Assembly: GCA_905331295.1 (NCBI GenBank)
Contig: CAJNYD010000432.1
Coordinates: 47,566-67,565 of the forward strand
DNA from: Rotaria socialis
Taxonomy: Eukaryota
DNA: 20,000 bases
Reading direction: 5' to 3'
Shown here piece after piece: positions 1-10,440 of this stretch. The position numbers and the translations under genes are program-made. Below the pieces are notes generated by a model, which saw only the letters and a list, made by a program, of their open reading frames with translations, was not told the DNA's origin and did not search any database. Numbering within the stretch: the stretch's first letter is position 1; every line of letters starts with the position of its first letter.

Positions 1-741
1 AATTGAGGGTTTTCATTAGAAAAGAACATCATCTCTATAATCATTTTACTGTATTTGTGGAATAGTGGTAAAATGAAGCACTTTATGTCTCGAGAGCATC
101 GCATCAACTTGCAATGAAATCAATAATAAGACTATAATATTGTATATTTTTTGGTTTTGAAGTGGATAAAATATTTCAATCAGAAATTACTACTAGTTAC
201 AGGCAACCAATATCCTATCAACAGTATTGATAGTATTGTAAAGGATATTTATTGAATATTTATGAATCCTTATCGAATCGCGAGTCTCAATTTGTAGATT
301 CAACATAATATATTTTCCTGCTAATCTCTATTCAGAAATAAAAACCCTTTGTGTCTGTACTCGATGTTCACTTCAGTAATAGTTCTGAGTCCTTGCGTGG
401 TAATGACCTTTTTGTTTTTAAATTACATGAAACATTAAATTTTCGAAGACTTTCTCGAAGTTAGCTATGGTCATGTTCATAAATGAGTTTCATATTTTCA
501 TTTCGCACTAAATATCTTGAATAGCATAATATCAACTGTTGAGATTCATTTCTTGTCGACTGTTTCTTTTTTGGCACATAATTAGAATTTTATTAGAAAG
601 AAATCAGAGTGAAATTATAACTGAAGAAACGATAAAAATAGATTTTACAAAGTAATAGGTAAGAGTCAATTCGACCTTTGGTAATGAATATTCTTCGAAA
701 TACTACAGTGTTTGTGAATATATACATAAAACCCATTCTCA

Positions 742-1319
742 CTAATTCTCTTCTGTTCGCTGCTTCTTTTGTTTTTCATTTTCTCTCTTGTCCTTCTTCT
801 TTCGTTTGTCCTCTCTCATTTTCTGCTTCTCTCTCTCTCTCTCTTCCCTCTGCTGTTGAGTCTCTTTCTCTTTCTCTTCTTTCTTTTTTTGCTTCTCTTC
901 CCGCTCCTTCTGCTTCTCTCTCTCTCTCTCTTCTCTCTGCCGTTGAGTCTCTTTCTCTTTCTCTTCCTTCTTTTTTTGCTTCTCTTCCCGCTCCTTTTGC
1001 TTCTCTTTCTCTTTCTCCTCTTTCTGCTTCTGCCTCTGAAGCTCCTCTGTTTCGATCAGTTTCGTTGTCTCGTCTTGCTCTTCGAAATCTTTTTGTCCAT
1101 TAATTTGACCGGATAAATTATTATCTGTAGTGTCTGACGGCAAAATTGGACTGCTATTGCTTTCACTATTTTTTGACGTAGAAACATAGAAACGAAGACG
1201 GTGTTGGATTGCATGTAATTTCTGTTGGAAGAGTTGAACATCATCTTGTAAACCAGCTGGTGATTCAAATATGTTTGGTAAATTTTTCTGATGACGATCT
1301 TGCTCATTTATTTCGTCGA
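742..1319 (-). CDS. Probable exon of an unknown gene encoding a Lys/Glu/Arg/Gln-rich low-complexity (coiled-coil or single-alpha-helix-like) segment
   Basis: The frame of ORF 742..1143 stays open upstream through 1319 (...DEINEQDRHQKNLPNIFESPAGLQDDVQLFQQKLHAIQHRLRFYVSTSK...), where a splice-acceptor-like ctgtcttctAG lies at 1320-1321. It ends at TAG (742-744), or could splice via a 40-nt GTGAGA..CTGTAG intron (703-742) onto YISKNIHYQRSN*. The upstream exon is not resolved; one option is ATG at 1400 with intron 1320-1372. Confidence 0.45.
821..1020. repeat. 87-bp tandem repeat (about 2.3 copies), CT-rich on the + strand
   Basis: Units start at 821, 908 and 995 (ttctgcttctctctctc...cttcccgctcc). 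87 nt equals 29 codons, KQKEREEKQKKKEEKEKETQ(R/Q)QREERERE on the minus strand. Confidence 0.9.
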
Positions 1320-1965
1320 CTAGAAGACAGAAAATATTCCATAGAAAACCTTGTTTATATTTAAAAGATGACTATTTCTGTATTTGATTCTTTTTTTCAT
1401 TTAATACTTCAGTGTTTCACAGCAAGACTATTAGTGGTAAGCATGATAATAGATACGGAACGAAGACATTTAAAATCTATGACAAGTTCAATGTTAGCGC
1501 TGATGTACTCTGTAAATTGTGTTCACTTTGATTTTGCAATTGTGAACAAGGACGGATGGGTGAGAACTTTATTCATCCATCGCGTCATTTGGTGACATCA
1601 CTTCGGTGTCAAAATCATAGTTGGGCCAAGGAACTCTACTATATTTCGTCTAATAAATCTTTAGAAAAGAGGGAAATATTCATATTCACTATTTAACATA
1701 TTTATGTCAATGTCTAAGTACAGCACAATCAAGCAAACAATCAATACTGTTGATATTAATTTCTGTCATATCAATTAAAGGCGTTCATCTCCTTATTATG
1801 TGTATATTGACATTCGACTACATTTCAACTGTTTTTTTTCAGAGAGAGATTTTTTTCATGATTATGTTTATTTTCATGTGTCATACTTCATATATCACAT
1901 GTCTACATAGTATAGTTTGAATAATCAATATCTCAAATGTTCATAGTGAAGAAAATGAATACGAA

Positions 1966-2202
1966 TTAATGAGAGATGTCGTTACTTTTACCAAACCTGT
2001 ATTGAAGGGGGTCTCGTTGGCTTCGCTGAAAAATATTTGAACTTAGAACAGTATAGATTAACTTACTGATATTTTGTTGAATTTGAAATCCATCTAATTC
2101 ACCATTCGTCTTTGAATTTGTTAAATCTGCATTCATTAACACTTTACCATATATGGCTAAAACAAATAAAACGCAGCTCGTATATCTATCTGGAATATTC
2201 AT
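1966..2202 (-). CDS. Putative RFamide neuropeptide precursor (78 aa); predicted mature peptide DPLQYRF-NH2
   Basis: ATG start, hydrophobic N-terminal stretch (SCVLFVLAIYG) resembling a signal peptide, then a spacer, an R-X-X-R site (RSQR, 2014-2025), DPLQYRF (1993-2013), and G-K (amide donor plus basic cleavage residue) before a short tail. Confidence 0.7.
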   Translation of the reverse strand: MNIPDRYTSCVLFVLAIYGKVLMNADLTNSKTNGELDGFQIQQNISKLIYTVLSSNIFQRSQRDPLQYRFGKSNDISH

Positions 2203-2247
2203 CAGGACTCAGAGAAATTTAATCTCGAAACGTGTAGTTCATCGATG

Positions 2248-2261
2248 TAACGTCATTTATA
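2248..2261 (-). promoter_or_regulatory. Possible TATA box with adjacent CRE-like motif for the neuropeptide gene
   Basis: The minus strand reads TATAAA (2261-2256) then TGACGTTA (2255-2248), about 50 nt upstream of the ATG at 2202. Weak evidence in AT-rich DNA, and the CRE-like motif is downstream of the TATA. Confidence 0.25.
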
Positions 2262-2979
2262 TGTGTGTTTTTAATACAGCTTCAGATATTTTTAAAACTA
2301 GTGTCGATTCAATTGCATACATAAGATACTCAACGAGAGCGATATAACATTTTTGAAACATATATGGTCATAGGAACATCGTTTTCGTGGGCAGAGGCTG
2401 AAAGCAACATGCAATTTTCTCACTATAGTTTTAGTTTCTAATCCTACTGTATCGTATACTACTTACTAATGAAGCAGAGAACCAACACAAAGATCATGTT
2501 AAACTGCATCATTTTGAAATATCGTATTAATTCAAATATTTTAGAATAATCTATACTGTACTCTTTCTGCACATATATAAATGTTGCTCGCTTTCTCTGT
2601 CGCACGTCTTTCTTTTTCTCCTGAATAATATTGATCTGGTTAATCACCTAACAAATGTCATTTTATATCTTATTTTCATACCAAAGTGCAAAACAACAGA
2701 CAATAGAACGCCCGTCAAAATAAATGACGGATTCTGATACTTATACAACAGATGAGTATTTTAAAGCTTATCAGTAAGAGATTATTCTAATGTTATATGC
2801 TTAGCTTCTGATCAGTATCTAAAAAATTCAAAAAGAAAATATTGATCATCATCAAGCTTTTAGAGTTGCTCGAATCGTGTCAAAATACAAGATTGAAATT
2901 CATAGATTCTAGTTAGAAAAACGTAGACCATTAGAATGATTGAGCACTTCAGTCGTGGTATTCCCATTATTTACGAAAT

Positions 2980-4074
2980 CAGCGGCGTAGCCAGGGGGAG
3001 GCAAATGGGCAATTGCCCATTTCATTTTGAGCCTTGCCCATTGTAATTTTCATTAGTTAATTTTTGCCCATTGAAATTTTACTTTTTCACAATTATTTAC
3101 TTTTAAAAAAACTGGCTACTGTCTTTTTTCTTTCGTTTGAATCGCATATCTATCCTTTCCTTGTTCTTATGAAGAATTAATAGAACAAAATAGAACAAAA
3201 AATATGACCAACGCATAATTGTGCATACGTATCTATATGTATTCTTGTTCTCTTCTAGTATCTTCTCTTAAAATGCTGACTTGAAAAGAAAACGATTGAA
3301 CTATAACCTATCTCGTCCAGTTTACCGTCTTGTTTCTTATTTCGCGCTACTATATTATAAGAAAAGCCTAAAGAAAAAAGGAAAAGAACAAGGGCAAATA
3401 TGCTTATATAGAATTGCGCACTTACATTTATCATTTTGCTGTTCTATTTTGTTCTGTTTTAAAAGACTAATAGTGAGCCATGCCAACTGGAAAACTATCC
3501 AATACGCAGTGGCGGATCCAGAAACTCAGTAAGGGGGTAGCGCTCCTGGTCAAAAAGTGTTTTTTGAAGCCTATTTGAGGCAATACGACTCGTTTCTGTT
3601 TCATTTTTGCTGGGAAAAATTTTTAAAAATCGTGAAGGGGTACCCCTCGCCGGTTAGCTGTAATGGTAGATTTGCCAGTGCCAATACGTTATTAAGTCAT
3701 CACTTTTCTTTGAAATATTGAAATTATATGTAAAAATATACAATTGTCGTCTTGATTTTGATGTTTGAATTTCAAAACCAAATGTTATAAATAGAGACTG
3801 AAGATAGAATAAAATATGTCTAACTCAACAAGTCTGAGGAAGGCTTAAAATTTGAGTTTCATTTCATATATATTAGATTAAAAGAATCTCATACTTTTTT
3901 GTGTAGTTAAATGAACATCATTTTATTTTATTTTTTTGTGTTTTTTCTACGTTATCAACACTTTGTTGGGTTGAAAAATTTTGGCCCATCAATGAAAATC
4001 TTGCCAGTTTTGCCCATGGTTTTTTTTGACTTAATGGAAGTTTGCCCAGTGGTCTAAAAATCCTGGTTACGCCN
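2980..4074. mobile_element. Non-autonomous DNA transposon / MITE-like element with short TIRs
   Basis: GGCGTAGCCAGG (2984-2995) is the inverted match of CCTGGTTACGCC (4062-4073), 11/12 identical. TTGCCCA/TGGGCAA subterminal motifs cluster near both ends (about 3006-3070 and 3980-4048). No transposase ORF. An N at 4074 hides the right terminus and any TSD. Confidence 0.65.
3507..3545. mobile_element. Orphan TIR-like terminus of a second MITE nested inside the first
   Basis: CAGTGGCGGATCCAGAA...AAGGGGG resembles the CAGCGGCGTAGCCAGGGGG terminus at 2980. I did not find its inverted partner in the window. Confidence 0.3.
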
Positions 4075-5079
4075 GGGGCTTAAAATTTCCCTTGAATGCT
4101 CTTGCTGCATATTGTAACTCTTGGTATAGTCAAACGTCTTAAAGTAGCCGGGCAAGCAACACAACAGATATAGTATAGACCAGCGATATAATTCAAACTG
4201 AAACGGTACGCATAAGGCTAAGACACTTAGAAAGTATGTTTTGGACTTGAATTTGCGCCTAGAAAAAAAAGTAATCGTAAACTATGATGAATATTCGATT
4301 TATTTATCTTTCTGCGTATTTGCTTCTGAAAGATGTATTCTTGATTTTAGAGTTGTGTGATATTTCGAATGCGTTTTTATTTTCAGATGTATTTGATTTA
4401 AAGTGTAGAGTAAAGTATGTTCGAGTAAAATAATATTTAGATCTAATAGATTTTGAAATTGCCAGCCTACGCTATGACGATGGGAAACAGAAGGTCTTGT
4501 ACATATTCCATTACAAACTAGATTAAACTATTTAGAGAGTAGATCATTGATATGAGCTTTCACTATTCTTACTTTCACATGCATATAAGCAGGAGAAAAA
4601 AAAGTAAAGAAGAAGCTTTGAATTCATTTTCAGCATTTTAATAGCTCTGCGTAAAGATTTTCTCCGATTTGAACATAGCTTTGAAACCTATTAGAACTTA
4701 TCATTGGATTTGCTTGTAATTTGAATAGGCTGCAAAATATAAGTTGTGATTTCTCTTGATCTATCTATTATTTCTCATTTTTTCCTTCGTTGATGAGTAA
4801 TTGAAATCTAATTTTTTTTGTTTAGTCTGAATCTCACTCACTTCTCTTGATTAGTGTGATTCGTTCAATTCAATTTTTCAACTTTTTCACTTATGATGTA
4901 ATAATAAATCAAAGAAAGCATGATACCTAGGAATACGCGTTAGGTTACCTTTCGATACGTAAGTGTGTGCTCCGTTTATTTATCAAATAAAAATACTGTA
5001 GTGCGATCAAAATTCAATTGAATTAATGAGACTAACGATAATCGAAATCATTCAGATTTATTATCAGCAGAAATTTTAA

Positions 5080-8000
5080 TCAAGGACGAACAGAATCAGA
5101 TGATGGTAAACCCTCGTTACTCTCTTTGTTTAAACCTTGAACTGGCAGTAACGGAGTTGAATCGATATGTGTTCGCTTTGGACCTAGAAACCAATGACGA
5201 GCAGAGACAATCCAATAGACTGCAGCAACCAAAGAAGTACCACCAATGATGACTACAGCATAGTTCATATTGTTTGATGTCACCGGATATTGAAATGGAA
5301 AAAACATAATGAATGCTGTTATAAAAAGCCAAGCTGATGAAATAACAGCGATCGGCTGACCAAAGCGACCTAGATTGAATTCACCAAGCACAAAACAGTT
5401 ACGTGCCACTGTGCAACGTAATAGAACAGGTATACCATATGATATTTGAAGGCCAAGGGTATTACTAGCGAGAAAAGCATTGAAAGCAGTAGGCTCTGCT
5501 AATTGCAATAAAAGAAATGAAGATTCAAGAATGAAAATAAATATCAAAGTAGCGATTGGACTTTTTGTTGGCTGAAAAATCCAACGAAGAATCGCAGAGA
5601 ATGGAAGAACTCCATCGCGAGCCATGGCGAAACTGTAATAAGCAACATGCTTGATATAAATAAAAACAAAAATCGACGCAAAACTTTACCTTATACGACT
5701 AGTGCCAGTCAATGATGACATGCCAGCAAAGTACATATTGACGAGGAGAAGAATTGTTAATAGAAGTGGTCCCGGAGAAGGGACAGCCAGCTGGCAGGTG
5801 GCGATTGCTAAATTAAGTTCACTACCACTATATTGATTGCTCTCAACAAAAGAGCGTACATTCGGAATTGAAAAGAGAAGAGCAAGCAAGAAAGTAGCAC
5901 CAGCTACAGCACTACATATACAAGTGCCCACAATTCCTTTGGGAGCTGTAAGAAAAAAATGAGACTTCAAAGTGTTCTTCTTTTTGAACGAAATCCGATT
6001 GCAAGTTTTTCGAGTCAATCGTTTTCTTAGATATTCACTCACTTGCACGACTAGCATCACGAGTTTCTTCTGCCAAATGAGCACCACCTACAAAAAACAA
6101 CTAAGATGACAACGAATGATCACTAATAGCATGATTACTGTCATAACCAGAAAATGCAAACAGTGCCGGAATGACACCAATGAAGCACACATAAATGAAA
6201 GGAAAGCCAGTACCATTGTATGTGGACGTGAAAACATCTTCGGCAGTAGCTTGTTGACGAGCCATGGTGAAAAGAACGGTAGCAATGATAATTACGCCAC
6301 CTATTTGAATGCCAGTAGCCAAAGTGTGAATCCAGCCTTGTTGGTCGATCCTCAGAGCATTTGTCGTAACCCAAATAAAAGTCATGCCGATAGATATGCC
6401 TGTTTGAACACCAGTGCTCAACGAACTATTGCCAGAAATAATCATAGCTGTATTCAGCATTGTAGCAAAGCCAGATGACATTGCAACATCGCCTTTCAAA
6501 AATAAAATATTTCAAAGATGTTGAAGACTGTTTTCTTTCCTACCCATAACATTTCCGATGAAGTTGAACCAACCACATATGAAGCAAGCTAATGGAGCAT
6601 AGCGAGCAGTCATTAGTTCGCCAGCCCTATATTTAAAAGTGCGTTTAATCATCAAAACATTCGATAAACATTTTCAGATGAGAACATTCACGGTAATTAG
6701 ACATTACTGAACTTCATAATACGTGCACGTTCCTGCGCTTATTAAAGTATGAATGCAACAAAAGGTTTTACCGAAGTTCAGTATTTTATCTGGGTTTCAT
6801 TTTTCATATGGGCGGTTGAAATTTTAGAAGGGGCTGCTAGCTAGAAAATTTCTTATCGTGTAGTCCTTTTATGAAATCAACTGCACAGATTCACACAACT
6901 GCAACCACTGCATTCTGGCACGTGTTTCATGGTAGGGCGCGTAAAATAGGGGTGGTCCCTTTTCGTCCTCATTTTTTTTATGGACATCGGTCGGAGAAGT
7001 CCATTCCGAACTTCAGTTTCCGGATGTTCGGAATGAAAACACCGGAAGGTCGGAATGAAAAAGACCGGGTGTTCGGAATGAAAGTCGTCTAGATGTTCGG
7101 AACATAAAATGACAGATGTTCGAGACAAAAAATGACCGATGTTCGGAACGAAAAAATACAGGATGTTCGGAAGAGAAAATAATTTTTTTATAACATAGTT
7201 TATTTTCTTTTATTTCCTAGTATAGTCTTTCACAAAAAAAAGCATAAGACAACAAAAGTTTATACAAGTGAGAGAATAAATAACTTTTGTAAGAAAAAAA
7301 TTTTATGTCTATTGTTTTTTTGCAGCGTCTTGTTTTTTTCTTTTTTGGAATTTGTTTAATATTGGCATCATCTGTTTCGCCTACATTTTCTTTCACTTAA
7401 TGAACTGCTGGCTGAAAATCTATGAGAATTATTAGTAAATTTTTTGTTACCAGCACCTACCCTCTATAAAACAGAGAAGTTTATAGTTTTACTACTCATT
7501 CCCACTATAAAACATACACCAAAATTCATTTCCAACATTCAGTATTTTTTCGTTCCGAACATCTGGACGGTTTTCATTCCGAACATCCGGAAAATCGATT
7601 TTATTTTTTATATCCGATTTCGAACATCCGGTCAAATAACCTGATGTCCGGAAGAGTGAGGACGAAAAGGGACGCACCCGCGTAAAATACTCTAGTAGAT
7701 CGAAAAATAAAATTAGTATGGTGCAAATTCTTTAAGACTGATTCGAATAATTCAAGAGAGAGGCTCATAATAATACGCTTTCTTGCTATGCTGAGCATTA
7801 ACCAAATCATTTATACTTGCAAAAAGATATATATGCAATTTCAATAAATGTTCTACCGAACTTCTATCATATTATATAGTATGAAATAGATGAGCCGAAT
7901 AAACATTAAATGGTGATGTTTAAAAGATGAATATACTAAATTTTTCTCATCAATTTTTCCCCATTTTTTTCTACAAATGCTGAACGATTATACAAATATT

Positions 8001-8848
8001 ATTACTTCATTGAAATCTAAGAACATGCGTAAAGATCATGAAAAAAAAATGAAACTGTTCTGATTTTTTGACAACTAAAAATACTCTCATGATATCCAAA
8101 TTGTTGCTTGTTATAAAACTATTAGTTATTTACTTTTTTCCATCTTTATCTAGAATTTAAAACAACAAGGGTTTTGCATTTTCAGATTTTGAAGATTGTC
8201 AGAAATCCTCATATTGTCTTTTCCTGATATGCAATAAAATAATTTTGGTTCAGCGTTGTAAGATGTGATACATATCGATTGGAAAAAGTTTATTCTTGAG
8301 TTTAAGCTATAGCTATCGACGAAATGTTAGTTGAAAATTTATGATTTCTATTCGTTCGATAGAATTCTTTCATAAGGATAAAAAGATATACTACAAGTTC
8401 CATAGAGTTTCATTCATAGACTATCATTCCCAGTTTCTTTGTGTTTCCCTTGGCATGAACTCAAATCTAGTCGTAATTATAGGATGAGATTTGAATAAGA
8501 TTCCGTCATTAGTGATGTTCTCTCATCAATTACATACCAATGATAGACAGATCCGGCGCTTGGATAGACCGAACATATTTCGGCGAATGACAAACCAACA
8601 AGAATTGTGAAGATAGAACTAAGAAACCAGCTCCAAATGGCAATTGCTGATCCACCTGTCTTCAACGAGAGAGAAAAACCAATTGTAATCGATGCTAGTA
8701 CATTTACAGCAGTAAAACAAAACGTAAATGACATGAACGGTGCAAAACCACGGTAGAGCTCTTGCTTATAACCCATTTCACGAAGAAGCCGTACAGCAGA
8801 ATCTTCTTCTTCTTCTTCTTCATTTGCCTTCTCGATTTCCTTGGCCAT
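5080..8848 (-). CDS. APC-superfamily amino-acid permease, GABA/choline/polyamine transporter type (UGA4/HNM1/plant BAT1-like), 6 exons, 533 aa
   Basis: Manually spliced exons 8848-8538, 6626-6544, 6492-6139, 6087-6043, 5945-5690 and 5632-5080. All introns are GT-AG (1911, 51, 51, 97, 57 nt) with consistent phases; total 1602 nt = 533 aa plus stop. Family motifs include LREMGYKQELYR, SFAEICSVYPSAGSVYHWAG, GWFNFIG, FSGYDSGAHLAEETRDASRATPKGI, SRISFAMARDGVLPFS and NMNYAVV..ARHWFLGP, with many TM segments. Confidence 0.93.
6949..7680. mobile_element. Mutator (MULE)-like non-autonomous element of about 730 bp in permease intron 1
   Basis: The left end GGGTG-GTCCCTTTTCGTCCTCA (from about 6950) matches the inverted right end TGAGGACGAAAAGGGACGCACCC (7657-7679). 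The flanking direct repeat CGTAAAATA is at 6940-6948 and 7681-7689 (9 bp, extendable to 11). Subterminal ATGTTCGGAA-like motifs recur at about 7020-7175 and in inverted form (TTCCGAACAT) at about 7550-7630. Confidence 0.88.
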
Positions 8849-10440
8849 GTCTACGATAAATAATCAACTGAAAACAAAAAGAATGTATCTCTATATCTGA
8901 AATTTAGCGTTTTACATTGTTTCATTATTTTTTCAAAATCATTTTCATGTGAAAAAGTAATGAACAATGAAAAATGTCATAAATGACTATAGTCTTGAAA
9001 GTGGGAACCTCTCATTGGTATGAGTATCTATAGTTATCGTGAACCTATTGCTGTCATAGAGAATGTTCATACAAAAGCAATTGTATCTCTGCATAGGACT
9101 TGTGTGGAATTGCTGTGATTCTATTCAATTTTCTTGAGTCACCTATTATGCATTTATACTTACAATCATCGCATTTTTCTCACTTGATTATCTTGATATC
9201 TTGAATTAATTAAGCTAACCTATTAGTTAAAATTACAGAAAACTGATTCTGTTACACTGTGTGCAATGAAATACAAAGCATTGAAAGTATCACGAATTTT
9301 CATAGTGTATAAAATAATGTTTAGCCCACATTGTCGATTTTTTATCATAGTCGACGATTCATTACGATTTATGAAACGAACAAAAATCGGGTCGAAATAT
9401 TTCTACATTTGTGTATTAAATTGAAATGTTTCTCTTTAGAAGAGATCGATAACTATCCCAAAAAGTTAACTTTAGTATCTGGTATAACTTTTTATCAGAT
9501 GATGCTACACTTGCCTCACATGGCTGAATTTTTGATCTAATGAAAAAATCAAACGGACGGACGAGCATTGCCGATTGATAAGCTAGATATTTCAGAACGA
9601 ATTCTACGTCATAGAAAAACCTCACACACTCGAAGAAGCCACTCTAATTCAGATGGTACAATTTCTCTAATATAAAAAATACTAAATATTCCTTACTTAT
9701 GAATTAATATAAAGATATTTTTTATTTACCGTTTTGTTCTTGGCTAGATTTGAAATGTATAACTCGTAAAAGTTGTTCGCTATTTTCAAAAGCCAACACA
9801 GAAAAAAATCGCTTTTTTAGAAGCCAATCAACGAGATAATTAAAAATACGACAAGAAATATATGACCAGGAAAAATATGAAGCCATTGGTTGATTATAAA
9901 AAGGTTAGTCATGTTCGATTTACCCTTCTTGTATGAATATCAGAGTGAATAGCAAGCCACAGTTTCCAGCTGCGATTGTGCTGCTTAAGTTTGCACGGAG
10001 GACGTTAAATTTTAGCAATCACTCTTGTTGTACAAAATAGGACAGGACAGAACGAGTAAAATAATACATAAACGTGAGAAAAAAAAATAAAAGAATATGC
10101 AGTTGCCTCATTCGAAAAAGCAAAACACAAGGACTGATATGCACGATTGCGCAGCCTATCACATCATAATGTGCTTTCGATACATACGCATATTCGGCAA
10201 CTAAAAGAAAAATTATCTACTATCAAATTTTCAACGGTATAGTCAACTTTCAAAATTTCACGCAATGAAATCATGTACATCGAGATTAATAGTTAAAAAT
10301 TTAGATAATTTTGAATGTCGAACTCAAAAATCGTTAGAATACACACAACTACCATTGAATATATGAGATCTATGTGTGCGGAATCATTTTATTTAGCCCT
10401 TTTCGGCTATTATATTAGCGTCACAGTTTCACAATTTTCT

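Noticed and set aside
678..1116. Plus-strand Leu/Ser/Phe-rich ORFs (141 aa and 115 aa) that look like membrane proteins
   Set aside because: They are antisense shadows of the CT-rich repeat, where stop codons are simply absent from pyrimidine tracts.
5117..6478. ORFs 5117..5332, 6088..6285, 6116..6478 and 6141..6374, and treating the permease ORF fragments as separate genes
   Set aside because: These are alternate-frame or antisense overlaps. The fragments splice cleanly into one permease CDS.
6704..6783. 11-bp inverted repeat TACTGAACTTC / GAAGTTCAGTA in permease intron 1
   Set aside because: Short, without a TSD or other support, and could be chance.
7000..7180. Regularly spaced ATGTTCGGAA motifs resembling a CRISPR or iteron array
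   Set aside because: The motifs are only about 10 bp with about 23-bp periodicity, have no unique spacers or cas genes, lie in a eukaryotic intron and sit inside a TIR/TSD-bounded element.
6871..7810. ORFs 6871..7092, 6877..7128, 7444..7644, 7492..7677 and 7601..7810
   Set aside because: Short translations of MITE repeats inside the permease intron, with no transposase motifs.
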